A stretch of DNA of 64,000 bases from Malacoraja senta (lineage: Eukaryota). Position 1 is the first letter of the stretch, and the number at the start of each line of letters is the position of its first letter. Below are positions 22,894-34,262 of this stretch, in pieces. The notes below the pieces were generated by a model, which did no database searches, was not told where the DNA came from, and was given only the letters and a program-made list of their open reading frames with translations. Made by a program: the position numbers and the translations under genes. Where the stretch lies: the NCBI GenBank assembly GCA_038087875.1, contig JAXLNO010000128.1, positions 1-64,000 on the forward strand. Direction: 5' to 3'.

Positions 22894-25548
22894 TTATTTT
22901 TTTTTTTTTTTTAATTTTTATTTATTAGAAGTACATTACATCACAGCCACATACATTAATACTCGTCATTTATATCTTCTTACAATTAATGTACTCCCTT
23001 TATTTTTTTTTTTTACGCTAAAGAAAGAAAAGATTGAAAGAGAGAAGAAAGTGAAGGAAAAAGTGCAAGTGTAGAAAAGTGTAGAAAATGTAACAACAAA
23101 AAAAAAAAAAGGACGAGGACCCTATGAAAGCGAAATTAAAAACAAAAAAAAAAAAGAGTTAAGAAATAGGCCCTAAGAAAAGAAAAGAGAGAGAGAAAAA
23201 AAGAAAAACAAATGTTTTTTTTTTGAGCATCACGTAAATAGGACATACCAACTCTTCAACTATCATCCCCCCTTACCCGACCTCAATTTTTTATTTTTTT
23301 AAAGTACTTTTGCACCCTATGTTTGTAATAATTCTATAAATGCAGACCACGTCAGGTGGAAGTGATCTGGTTTACCTGCTAGGAGGAGTCTTATCTCTTC
23401 AAGGTGTAGTGTTTCAAACATATTTGAAATCCACATATTTATAGTTGGTATTGGAGCCTTCTTCCAAAATTTTAGAATTAGCTTTTTTCCAGTTATTAAC
23501 CCATAATCCATTAATTTCTTTTGAAACACATTTAGTTCTGGATCATCTTCCGTTATTCCGAAGATAATCCATTCTGCTTTGGGTATCAGTCTTGTTTTAA
23601 ATAACTTTGTAAAGATTTCAAAAATTTCATTCCAAAATTTTTGAATTTTTGTACAGAAGACAAATGAGTGCGCTATAGTTGCTTCTTGGGATTGACATTT
23701 ATCACAAATAGATGATACGTTTGGGAAAATTTTATGAATTTTAGTTTTCGAATAATATAATCTATGTAAAATTTTAAATTGTATTAAAGTGTGTCTTACA
23801 TTAATCGAGCATTTATGTACTTTTAATAAGTATTCATTCCAACTTTCCTTTGAAATTTTAATAGCTAACTCTTGTTCCCAGTCTCTTCTGATACCCTCCG
23901 TAGATGGTATTTGTACATTTAAGATAATATTGTACAAATATGATATTAAGTTTGCTGATTCCGCTTTTGTCTGCATTGCCTCGTCCAGTACATCTGCTGG
24001 GTTATTATGATGATCTTTTATATATTTTTTCAAATAGTCGCATATTTGAAAGTATTTAAAATATTGATTATTTCCGAGTTTATATTTTATTTGTAATTGT
24101 TGAAATGAAAGTAATTTTCCAGTTTCATACAAGTCACCAAGCGTTTTAATTCCTAGTCTATCCCATTGTGTATAAGCTTTATCTATAATAGAAGGACTAA
24201 ACGAAGGGTTATTGACTATAGGTAATAAAAGTGATAAGTTTCTTAATTTTAAATTTTGTTTTATTTGTTTCCAAATACGGATTGTACTATGAATAATTGG
24301 GTTCTTATTATAGTTTATGTTATTCAATTTCATTGGAGAGAGGAGGATCGCTCCAATGTTTCTAGAGGAGCAATCCTCTTTCTCCATTACAATCCAGTCT
24401 ACTTGCTGGGCGGAGTTATCCATCAGTTGAATCATGTTTTTAATATTTACTGACCAATAATAATACATAAAATTGGGTAGTGCTAGACCCCCCAATACTT
24501 TAGATTTATTCAGATGGGTTTTTTGTATTCTATGTGATTTATAGTCCCATATAAAATTAATGATATCTGAGTCGAGTTTTTTAAAAAACTTCTTAGGTAA
24601 GTATATAGGAATTGATTGAAATAGGTATAAAATTTGTGGTAAAAAGATCATTTTTATTGCGTTTATTCGGCCTATTAAAGACATCGGAAGCGTTTTCCAG
24701 AATTTAATTAATGTATTCAGTTTATTAAGTAGGGGGTCAAAATTTGCCCTGAGCATACCTTGATATGCTCTGGTAATTTCGATTCCCAAATATTTAAATT
24801 TTTCTGTAGCTATTTTAAAAGGGAATTTTAAAAGATGTGTTGAATCTTTCGGTTTTATTGACATAATTTCACTTTTATTCCAATTTATTCTATATCCAGA
24901 AAAAGATCCGAAGTCTTCAATTAAATTTAATATATTTGGTATAGTGATTTGAGGTTTTGTAATATACAATAATATATCATCCGCGTATAAAGATATTTTA
25001 TTATATGAGTCTTTAGTATTATATCCATGAATATCAGGGTGTATTCTAATTTTTTCTGCTAGCGGTTCAATAATGAGAGCAAACAGCTGTGGTGATAATG
25101 AGCATCCTTGTCTATTTCCCCTTGATAGTTGAAATTTCGAGGATAATATGTTATTAGTAAGTATTCTAGCTGTAGGTTTGTTATATAGTAACTTAATCCA
25201 TAAAATAAAATTCTCTCCCAGTTGAAATTTTTGTAATACTTTATCCATATAGTTCCATTCTACTTGATCAAATGCTTTTTCAGCATCCAGCGAAATAATT
25301 GATAATTCTTGATCTTCAGATTTGTGTGAGTGCATTATGTTGAGTAGACGTCTCATATTATTAGAAGAATATCTCTTAGGGATAAACCCTGTCTGATCTG
25401 GGTTTATTAATTTACTAATGTATTTACTTAATCTTCTGGCTAATGTTTTCGCTAATATTTTTTGATCTGTGTTTAACAATGCTATAGCTCTATATGAGCC
25501 AGGATCTTCTAAATCCTTATTTTTCTTAGGTATTAATGTAATCGTTGA
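22894..25548 (-). mobile_element. L1 family A, 5'-truncated copy with poly(A) and 15-bp TSD
   Basis: Open 720-aa ORF2 C-terminal part (YADD, CxxC..H..C). TSD ACAATTAATGAATTA at 22879-22893 and 25549-25563. Confidence 0.95.
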
Positions 25549-26124
25549 ACAATTAATGAATTAGTTTTAAAAATAACACCGATGCTTTTCTCAGTATAAT
25601 GCTGAGATATTGAGCATTCACTCGAGAGCAGACTGGGTCACAGTATAACATTGACTGTCATACGGCAGCCCCTACAATGTGGCTCTCCCTGAGTACTGCA
25701 GCGGGATCCGCCTGAGCTGCGACAGAACCACAGTCACGCAGGTGCCGGGAATGAGACTTGGAGCCTCTGATTTAGTAGAGAGGTTGAATTAACTCAGATA
25801 AAACTATATAATGAATGCAATCAGTCTTACAGGATGGATAACAATTGACAAAAAAAACACAATGGAGTTTTTCCTGGGCTTTTGAGCAATAAATCGAGTT
25901 TTATGAATCGTTTTTTGTTGAAAAAAAGATAACTGCACCAACTTTGAGTGTAATCATCGTTTGACAAGTGAGTGACACCAGCCAGCTTTATCTGGTGCCT
26001 GTCTGCTCCATTGCTCAGCACAAAATATTTTAATGAACTAAGACCAGAAAATAATTCTGCTGGTGACTAAGAAACAATTAGACAGATACAATAGGACAGG
26101 TTTGGAGGGATATGGACCAGTCTC

Positions 26125-26250
26125 CCCCCACCCCCACCCCACCCCGTCTCCTGGTCTCTGCCCCCGTCTCCCGGTCTCTTCCCCCCGTCTCATCCCCCCC
26201 CGTCTCCCACTCCCACCCCCCCCCCGTCTCCCACTCGTATCTGCCCCCTC
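26125..26250. repeat. C-rich (CCCCGTCT)-type tandem repeat
   Basis: Repeated ccccgtctc units. Confidence 0.7.
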
Positions 26251-26780
26251 TATCTGCCACCTCTATCTGCCACCTGACAAATACAAAATTGAAAAATCTA
26301 TACTCACTGAATCTACAGAGCTTCGTTCGATGTTTATTTAGAGCGCTTGACCTTTTTTTTTTTTATTTTTTTTTTATTTTTTATTTATTAGAAGTACATT
26401 ACATTACAACCACATACATTAATACTCGTCATTTATATCATCTTACAATTAATGTACTCCCTTTATTTATTTTTTTACACTAGAGAAAGAAAAGATTGAA
26501 AGAGAGAAGAAAGTGAAGGAAAAAGTGCAAGTGTAGAAAAGTGTAGAAAATGTAACAACAAAAAAGGACGAAGACCCTATAAGAGCGAAATTAAAAACAA
26601 AAAGAAAAAGAGTTAAGAAATAGGCCCTAAGAAAAGAAAAGAGAAAGAGAAAAAAAAGAGAAACAAATGTTTTTTTTTTTTGAGCATCACGTAAATAGGA
26701 CATACCAACTCTTCAACTATCATCCCCCCTTACCCGACCTCAATTTTTTTTTTTTTTTTTTTTTAAAGTACTTTTGCACC

Positions 26781-29700
26781 CTATGTTTGTAATAATTCTA
26801 TAAATGCAGACCACGTCAGGTGGAAGTGATCTGGTTTACCTGCTAGGAGGAGTCTTATCTCTTCAAGGTGTAATGTTTCAAACATATTTGAAATCCACAT
26901 ATTTATAGTTGGTATTGGAGCCTTCTTCCAAAATTTTAGAATTAGCTTTTTTCCAGTTATTAACCCATAATCCATTACTTTCTTTTGAAACACATTTAAT
27001 TCTGGATCATCTTCCGTTATTCCGAAGATAATCCATTCTGCTTTGGGTATCAGTCTTGTTTTAAATAACTTTGTAAAGATTTCAAAAATTTCATTCCAAA
27101 ATTTTTGAATTTTTGTACAGAAGACAAATGAGTGCGCTATAGTTGCTTCTTGGGATTGACATTTATCACAAATAGATGATACGTTTGGGAAAATTTTATG
27201 AATTTTAGTTTTCAAATAATATAATCTATGTAAAATTTTAAATTGTATTAAAGTGTGTCTTACATTAATCGAGCATTTATGCACTTTTAATAAGTATTCA
27301 TTCCAACTTTCCTTTGAAATTTTAATAGCTAACTCTTGTTCCCAGTCTCTTCTGATACCCTCCGTAGATGGTATTTGTGCATTTAAGATAATATTGTACA
27401 AATATGATATTAAGTTTGCTGATTCCGCTTTTATCTGCATTGCCTCGTCCAGTACATCTGCTGGGTTATTATGATGATCTTTTATATATTTTTTCAAATA
27501 GTCGCATATTTGAAAGTATTTAAAATATTGATTATTTCCGAGTTTATATTTTATTTGTAATTGTTGAAATGAAAGTAATTTTCCAGTTTCATACAAGTCA
27601 CAAAGCGTTTTAATTCCTAGTCTATCCCATTGTGTATAAGCTTTATCTATAATAGAAGGACTAAACGAAGGGTTATTGACTATAGGTAATAAAAGTGATA
27701 AGTTTCTTAATTTTAAATTTTGTTTTATTTGTTTCCAAATACGGATTGTACTATGAATAATTGGGTTCTTATTGTAGTTTATGTTATTCAATTTCATTGG
27801 AGAGAGGAGGATCGCTCCAATGTTTCTAGAGGAGCAATCCTCTTTCTCCATTACAATCCAGTCTACTTGCTGGGCGGAATTATCCATCAGTTGAATCATG
27901 TTTTTAATATTTACTGACCAATAATAATACATAAAATTAGGTAGTGCTAGACCCCCCAATACTTTAGATTTATTCAGATGGGTTTTTTGTATTCTATGTG
28001 ATTTATAGTCCCATATAAAATTAGTGATATCTGAGTCGAGTTTTTTAAAAAACTTCTTAGGTAAGTATATAGGAATTGATTGAAATAGGTATAAAATTTG
28101 TGGTAAAAAGATCATTTTTATTGCGTTTATTCGGCCTATTAAAGACATCGGAAGCGTTTTCCAGAATTTAATTAATGTATTCAGTTTATTAAGTAGGGGG
28201 TCAAAATTTGCCCTGAGCATACCTTGATATGCTCTGGTAATTTCGATTCCCAAATATTTAAATTTTTCTGTAGCTATTTTAAAAGGGAATTTTAAAAGAT
28301 GTGTTGAATCTTTCGGTTTTATTGACATAATTTCACTTTTATTCCAATTTATTCTATATCCAGAAAAAGATCCGAAGTCTTCAATTAAATTTAATATATT
28401 TGGTATAGTGATTTGAGGTTTTGTAATATACAATAATATATCATCCGCGTATAAAGATATTTTATTATATGAGTCTTTAGTATTATATCCATGAATATCA
28501 GGGTGTATTCTAATTTTTTCTGCTAGCGGTTCAATAATGAGAGCAAACAGCTGTGGTGATAATGAGCATCCTTGTCTATTTCCCCTTGATAGTTGAAATT
28601 TCGAGGATAATATGTTATTAGTAAGTATTCTAGCTGTAGGTTTGTTATATAGTAACTTAATCCATAAAATAAAATTCTCTCCCAGTTGAAATTTTTGTAA
28701 TACTTTATCCATATAATTCCATTCTACTTGATCAAATGCTTTTTCAGCATCCAGCGAAATAATTGATAATTCTTGATCTTCAGATTTGTGTGAGTGCATT
28801 ATGTTGAGTAGACGTCTCATATTATTAGAGGAGTATCTCTTAGGGATAAACCCTGTCTGATCTGGGTTTATTAATTTACTAATGTATTTACTTAATCTTC
28901 TGGCTAATGTTTTCGCTAATATTTTTTGATCTGTGTTTAACAATGCTATAGCTCTATATGAGCCAGGTTCTTCTAAATCCTTATTTTTCTTAGGTATTAA
29001 TGTAATCGTTGATTCCGCTAATGTATCAGGTAGTATTCGTTTTTTAAAAGCGTATTGGTACATTTTTTGTAATCTTGGTATTATTTTATCATAAAAGCTT
29101 TTATAAAATTCATTAGTAAATCCATCAGGGCCTGATGTTTTTCCATTTTTTAGTGAGTTTATTGTATCTTCTAATTCCTTAATTGAGATTTGTGCACCCA
29201 GTTCCTCTTGTTCCTTCAGCTCTAACTTTGGAAGATTACAGGTATCCAAGAACTTTGTGATATTATTGGAATCAATTATCGTTTTAGATGTATACAAATT
29301 CTCGTAAAATTGCGCAAATCTTTTATTAATATCCTTCGGTGTTGTTAATAATTCCCCTTTATCTGATTTGATCTTTGGTATAGTATGTTCCTTTTCTCGT
29401 TTTTTTAGCTGGCGAGCCAAAAGTTTATGCGGTTTATCCCCAAATTCAAAGTGCTCTTGTTTTGTAATTTGAAAAAGTCTTATAAGTTTGGCAGATAATA
29501 ATTTATTTAATTTAAATTTTAAAATTATTATTTTATTATGTTTATCTATTGATGGATCTTTAGCATTATCTATATCCATTTGTCTAATAAGTTCTTCTAA
29601 CTGTCTTTGTTCATTCTTATTCTTTTTATTTTGAAAAGCTTGATATGAAATTATAATACCCCTAATGTATGCTTTAAAAGATTCCCAAAGTAAAGTAGGC

Positions 29701-30572
29701 GATATATCTGAAGTATCATTTGTTTGAAAAAAGACCTCCATTTGTTCTTTTAAATATATACTCGCTTGTGGATCTTTTAAAATTTGAGAGTTAAATCTCC
29801 AGAATGAATTATTCTTAGACAATCCTTCCAGTTTTAAAAAGAAAGTTAGTGGAGAATGGTCTGAAATTGAATTTGTATGATATATTGCATTAGATGTTTG
29901 GGGAATTAATTTTGTATCCAGCAGAAAGTAGTCTATACGTGAGTATGTCTTATGTACCATTGAGTAAAACGAATATTCCCTGCCAGTTGGATTCACAATT
30001 CTCCAAACATCTGCTATATTAGTGTTATTTATGTAGGTATTGAGGAGTTCCCCAGTTTTCGATTTCATATTCCCTCTCTGTTTTTGACTTGATTTATCTA
30101 AGTACGGATCTAAAACACAGTTAAAGTCTCCGCCTATTATAACATTTTGATAGTTTGACTCTGCAATTATATTGAAGATTTTATTGAAAAAGTGGGGGTT
30201 ATCAAAGTTAGGGGCATATATATTTACCAAAGTAAGTGGAGTGTCATGGATTTCTCCATTAACTATTAGGTATCTCCCTTCTATATCTGTTATAATATTC
30301 TTTGCTTTAAATGGTATACCTTTTCTTATGATAATTGACGTGCCTCTAGATTTTGAAGTGAATGAAGAGTGGTATGTTTGACCTATCCATTTCGCCCTCA
30401 GCCTAACTTGGTCCTGAGGTTTTAGGTGTGTTTCTTGTAGGAAGGTAATGTCAGAATTATACATTTTTAGCTGAGCTAATATCTTACCCCTTTTGATAGG
30501 TTCGTTAATACCTCTTATATTCCAACTACAAAATGAGATTCCTCCTAGGTTCTTTTGTGTGGTGTCATGCAT
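26781..30572 (-). CDS. L1 ORF2p (APE endonuclease, RT, C-terminal CCHC), intact 1263 aa
   Basis: SWNIRG, QETH, NIYAPN, GDFN, RIDY, SDH; DAEKAFD, RQGCSLSP, YADD; CDKC..H...C. Confidence 0.97.
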   Translation of the reverse strand: MHDTTQKNLGGISFCSWNIRGINEPIKRGKILAQLKMYNSDITFLQETHLKPQDQVRLRAKWIGQTYHSSFTSKSRGTSIIIRKGIPFKAKNIITDIEGRYLIVNGEIHDTPLTLVNIYAPNFDNPHFFNKIFNIIAESNYQNVIIGGDFNCVLDPYLDKSSQKQRGNMKSKTGELLNTYINNTNIADVWRIVNPTGREYSFYSMVHKTYSRIDYFLLDTKLIPQTSNAIYHTNSISDHSPLTFFLKLEGLSKNNSFWRFNSQILKDPQASIYLKEQMEVFFQTNDTSDISPTLLWESFKAYIRGIIISYQAFQNKKNKNEQRQLEELIRQMDIDNAKDPSIDKHNKIIILKFKLNKLLSAKLIRLFQITKQEHFEFGDKPHKLLARQLKKREKEHTIPKIKSDKGELLTTPKDINKRFAQFYENLYTSKTIIDSNNITKFLDTCNLPKLELKEQEELGAQISIKELEDTINSLKNGKTSGPDGFTNEFYKSFYDKIIPRLQKMYQYAFKKRILPDTLAESTITLIPKKNKDLEEPGSYRAIALLNTDQKILAKTLARRLSKYISKLINPDQTGFIPKRYSSNNMRRLLNIMHSHKSEDQELSIISLDAEKAFDQVEWNYMDKVLQKFQLGENFILWIKLLYNKPTARILTNNILSSKFQLSRGNRQGCSLSPQLFALIIEPLAEKIRIHPDIHGYNTKDSYNKISLYADDILLYITKPQITIPNILNLIEDFGSFSGYRINWNKSEIMSIKPKDSTHLLKFPFKIATEKFKYLGIEITRAYQGMLRANFDPLLNKLNTLIKFWKTLPMSLIGRINAIKMIFLPQILYLFQSIPIYLPKKFFKKLDSDITNFIWDYKSHRIQKTHLNKSKVLGGLALPNFMYYYWSVNIKNMIQLMDNSAQQVDWIVMEKEDCSSRNIGAILLSPMKLNNINYNKNPIIHSTIRIWKQIKQNLKLRNLSLLLPIVNNPSFSPSIIDKAYTQWDRLGIKTLCDLYETGKLLSFQQLQIKYKLGNNQYFKYFQICDYLKKYIKDHHNNPADVLDEAMQIKAESANLISYLYNIILNAQIPSTEGIRRDWEQELAIKISKESWNEYLLKVHKCSINVRHTLIQFKILHRLYYLKTKIHKIFPNVSSICDKCQSQEATIAHSFVFCTKIQKFWNEIFEIFTKLFKTRLIPKAEWIIFGITEDDPELNVFQKKVMDYGLITGKKLILKFWKKAPIPTINMWISNMFETLHLEEIRLLLAGKPDHFHLTWSAFIELLQT

Positions 30573-31377
30573 TTTGAATAATTATAGTACCTTTGAATCT
30601 TGTGGTGCGTCCATATCCCAGGTCTTTAGGTATTGGGGGAGTTTTTGAATTATTAACTTTTGTTGGTATGTCCATATTATTCTTATCACTAAACACAAAA
30701 CACAAACAAGTGATTTTATGTGATAAAAAAAAAACTAAAAAAGTGAGGCTACAGTGTCTATAGTCGGCACTGTAGCGAGTGACCCACCTGTAGGTGGGAA
30801 AAAACCTTATTTTGACTTCCATTGCGATGTTGCTCAACTCGCTCCGCTCTCTTAGTTAATCATAACATATTAAAATATTAAAACGCGGCCTCACATTCAG
30901 ATATATAATACAATTTTACCCTGATATTTCCTTATAACATATATATATATCAGAGTTTAATTATTAAACCAATATTTTTGATTTCAATAAGAATCAGCTG
31001 TTGGTTGAAGGGGTTAACGAGACGTGCTCCTGGACATAAGCCAGGAGCTCGTTTCTCATCCCCTCCTCCCGCTTATAGACAAGGTTACAATTTATTAAAA
31101 ATTCATATTAGTATGTTAGTTCATTATTTTTTTGTTTTTTTTGTTAGTATTCTAATCTAACCTGCATAACTTTTAAAGTTGTTAATAGGATAAGTTCTTA
31201 CAATTGGTTATAGCATTTTAATCAATAAGCAATTATTTTCTAATTCATATCCAGCTATAAAGTTGATTACACGTTTTGAACAGAAAATGTCCTTGCTTCA
31301 ACATTCCAGAGATAACAATGTAACTATCCCCAGACAAAACATAGCTGAGAATTATTCGGATCTGCCAAAGCTCCCTT

Positions 31378-32439
31378 TTATTTCTGCTTTTCAACAATTG
31401 TTTGGGCATGTTTGAAAGCGTCTTCAGGCTTAACAAATGACTTTTCAAGACCATTAAAAGAAATACGCATTTTCGCGGGATAAAAAACCCCAAATCTGAC
31501 CCCTTCTCTCCCTCTTAAAAGATCTTTAACCTTATCAAATTTATTTCTTTTTTGCACAATTTCATGTGGGTAGTCCCTGAATATCTTAATAGTGTCTTTG
31601 TCCAGCCGTAGTTGTACACCATATTTGATTTTAGTCATAACATATTCCAGTTCTGCAGTATCTCGAAATTTCACTATAATATGTCGTGGATAAGCTTTTG
31701 CCGCGTCAAATCTTTTTCCAAATCTTGGGACACGATGAGCCACTTCGATTTTCGGTTCCTTGGAAAGATTCAACAGTTGTTTCAACAAGCCCATGGCAAA
31801 TTCACGTACCTGTTCCCCTTCTGCCCCCTCTGAAACACCAAGAATTCTCAAATTCTGGCGTCTAGAACGAGCTTCCAGGTCCAGGCATTTGAATGAGACT
31901 TTCTCTAATTGAGTCCCCATTTGTAGTGATGCTTGTTCGTTTTCTCGCCTCATTTGCTCATGTTCTTGCCTCAATTTCGCCATGTCTTCAACCAGTCGAG
32001 CCGTATTTTTCTCCATTTCCGTAATTGTCTGCATACTTGCAGCTACTGTTTCAAGTACAGCCGTGAACTTATCCGTAGTAATTACATCCATCTTATCCAT
32101 TTTCTCTGATAGTCCATCTTTCACCTCATCAATTCGTTTATTCATAATGTCCAGTAAATCCGTCATATTCTTCTGGTTACCAGCATTTAAATCCTTCATC
32201 ATCTTCTCCATTCCTTCCATCATTTTTACCGAATTTTCCTTCATTTCCTTCTTATCTTCCACCCTATTATCCGAGATCTCATCTTTCAAATTTTTCATTG
32301 ATTTCTTCAAATCATCAAAGTCTTTCTTAGACATTTCTGCAGCCACTTCAGAGACTTCAGAGGTAACTTCTGTTTCGAACTTTTTCGACAGCTTATTCAC
32401 AGCTCTCTGAGGGCTCACAGCTGGAGTCAAAATACTCAT
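31378..32439 (-). CDS. L1 ORF1p (coiled coil + RRM + CTD), 353 aa
   Basis: Heptad-rich N-terminal half, LEARSRRQNLRILGVSEG, AHR, PRHIIVKF, FRDY, YPAKMRI. Confidence 0.95.
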   Translation of the reverse strand: MSILTPAVSPQRAVNKLSKKFETEVTSEVSEVAAEMSKKDFDDLKKSMKNLKDEISDNRVEDKKEMKENSVKMMEGMEKMMKDLNAGNQKNMTDLLDIMNKRIDEVKDGLSEKMDKMDVITTDKFTAVLETVAASMQTITEMEKNTARLVEDMAKLRQEHEQMRRENEQASLQMGTQLEKVSFKCLDLEARSRRQNLRILGVSEGAEGEQVREFAMGLLKQLLNLSKEPKIEVAHRVPRFGKRFDAAKAYPRHIIVKFRDTAELEYVMTKIKYGVQLRLDKDTIKIFRDYPHEIVQKRNKFDKVKDLLRGREGVRFGVFYPAKMRISFNGLEKSFVKPEDAFKHAQTIVEKQK

Positions 32440-32982
32440 TTAAAGGGCTTCAAACCACCGTTTAAAACATCGCGTTTAACGATGACGTCATCAGCGCGGT
32501 AACCAGAAGCTCCGGTAAGGTTTTTAAAAACAATCCCGATTTTCGGACCCGTTTTACACGATAAATCGTGAAGTTTTTCGGGAGAGGAGCTGGGTGCACG
32601 TCTGTTAGTCTAACATGACGCCACCGGAAGTGAGAGCGCTTGACCTTTGACAAATCCCATGATTCCTTGCGTTTTTCGGAATACCAAACTCGCCTACGTT
32701 TGAAGGTAAGGTCATCGGGTCAAAGGGCGTGATGCATGGAGCAGCTCAATCCTTCAGGAGGACACGGCAGCCTCCGGCATACACTGTTAACACACGAAAC
32801 CCGCACTTTCTTACCTATTAAAAAACGCTGAAATGGTCAATTTTTGCGCCATAAATAATTGTGGAGGGTGACTGAGCACTCTGACCCAAATGCTATTGTA
32901 TCTTTGCTCTGAATCCGAGCAGAGTTGGGGACAGTCTGGTCCCTCCGCCCACCCAGAGTCACTGACCGCGCTGCACCGGCAC

Positions 32983-33258
32983 CCCCGACCATCACCACCA
33001 CCCCGACCACCACCCCCCCCGACCACCCTCCACCACCCCCGACCACCACCCCCCCCCCGACCACCCCCGACCATCACCACCACCCCCCCCGACCACCCCC
33101 GACCATCACCACCACCCCGACCACCACCCCCCCCGACCACCCCCGACCATCACCACCACCCCCCCGACCACCCCCGACCACCACCACCCCCTCCGACTAC
33201 GACCCCCCCCACCGCCCCCACCCGACCACCACCCACACCTCCACCCCCCCCCCCCCCT
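32983..33258. repeat. C-rich tandem repeat (CCCCGACCA(T/C)CA); G-run rich on the minus strand
   Basis: Directly visible ~270-bp array; gives spurious poly-Pro and poly-Gly ORFs. Confidence 0.85.
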
Positions 33259-33584
33259 TGGCGCGGGGACAGGCGGCCTGGGATCCGCGAGTGTGGAACC
33301 AGTCTGTGTGGAGTCCGGATGCTGGGACAGAAGACTGTACTGGCAACCAGAGTAAGTGCTTACCTGACGTTCACCGCATACTCCAGTACGGGCAATGGTC
33401 ATGACCTCGACTGCCGTGCAACCTCCCTATTAACATGTGCCGCACAGAAGTGCTGGCATTGATCATCTCCACCAAGAAAGAGTGTAGTGCCATATCCGTC
33501 ATCTTCAGTTAGATTGCTGTTAGCTCCACATTCACTATCCTGGGGGTTAGCACTGAGCAGGAACACCTAACCCGCAGCCAACAA

Positions 33585-33797
33585 TGGACCGTTTCCTTGA
33601 TCATCGTTCGTTGCTTTTTTTGCATCTTTCAAGCATTTGTCCCATATCTATCTATATCACCATCTATATCTCTCGTTTACCCTTTCCCCTGACTCTCAGT
33701 CAGAATTCGACTCAGTCTCAACTCCAAACGTCACCTATTCCTTTTCTCCAGAGATGCTGCCTGACCCGCTGAGTTACTCCAGCTTTTTGTGTCTATC
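33585..33797 (+). mobile_element. Penelope-tail-related short element
   Basis: aaacgtcacctattccttttctccagagatgctgcctgacccgctgagttactccagc. Confidence 0.7.
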
Positions 33798-33915
33798 CAT
33801 CATTTATCGGACGTTAATAACTGCTGCCTTCTGCGCTCCGTCCTGACAGGTTGCTGTTGCCCTCCCCTGGTCAAATGCAGTATAGCAGTTTGTTTCAGTT
33901 TGTATAGCAGTATAG

Positions 33916-34049
33916 CAGTCTGAAGAAGGGTTTCGGCCCGAAACGTTACCTATTTCCTTCGCTCCATAGATGCTGCTGCACCCGCTGAGTTTCTCCAGCA
34001 TTTTTGTGTACCTTCGATTTTCCAGCATCTGCAGTTCCTTCTTTAACAC
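33916..34049 (+). mobile_element. Solo Penelope terminal-repeat insertion with intact hammerhead core (33920-33948)
   Basis: Nearly identical to 1030-1163. Flanking repeat ATAGCAGTTTGTTTCA at 33882-33897 and 34050-34065. Confidence 0.85.
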
Positions 34050-34262
34050 ATAGCAGTTTGTTTCACGGACAGCAGAATACTGAACCATTTAAAACACGCG
34101 TTCTATTTTGCAACAATAGCCACCTCACCTGGACAGATAAATACAATAGTTCAGTGGGAATTCCTATTGAGGTCTACGTCAGGGGAAGAAACGCTAGCGG
34201 TAGATAATTCAGAATCTGTGAGGTGATGAGCAACACAAATACACAATGAAAACTAATTATCA

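Larger units (their letters stand above)
26356..32632 (-). mobile_element. L1 family A, full-length (~6.3 kb) with 16-bp TSD
   Basis: 5' end cacttccggtggcg, ORF1, ~800-bp spacer, ORF2, AATAAA and poly(A). TSD AGAGCGCTTGACCTTT at 26340-26355 and 32633-32648. Confidence 0.97.

Noticed and set aside
31982..32410. Conserved antisense ORF in both L1-A copies (also 42698-43135)
   Set aside because: Antisense shadow of the Lys/Glu/Met-rich coiled-coil codons; conservation is expected from copy identity.
32890..33462. Proline-rich and glycine-rich ORFs (extensin/formin-like appearance)
   Set aside because: Translation artefacts of the C-rich tandem repeat, open in several frames on both strands.
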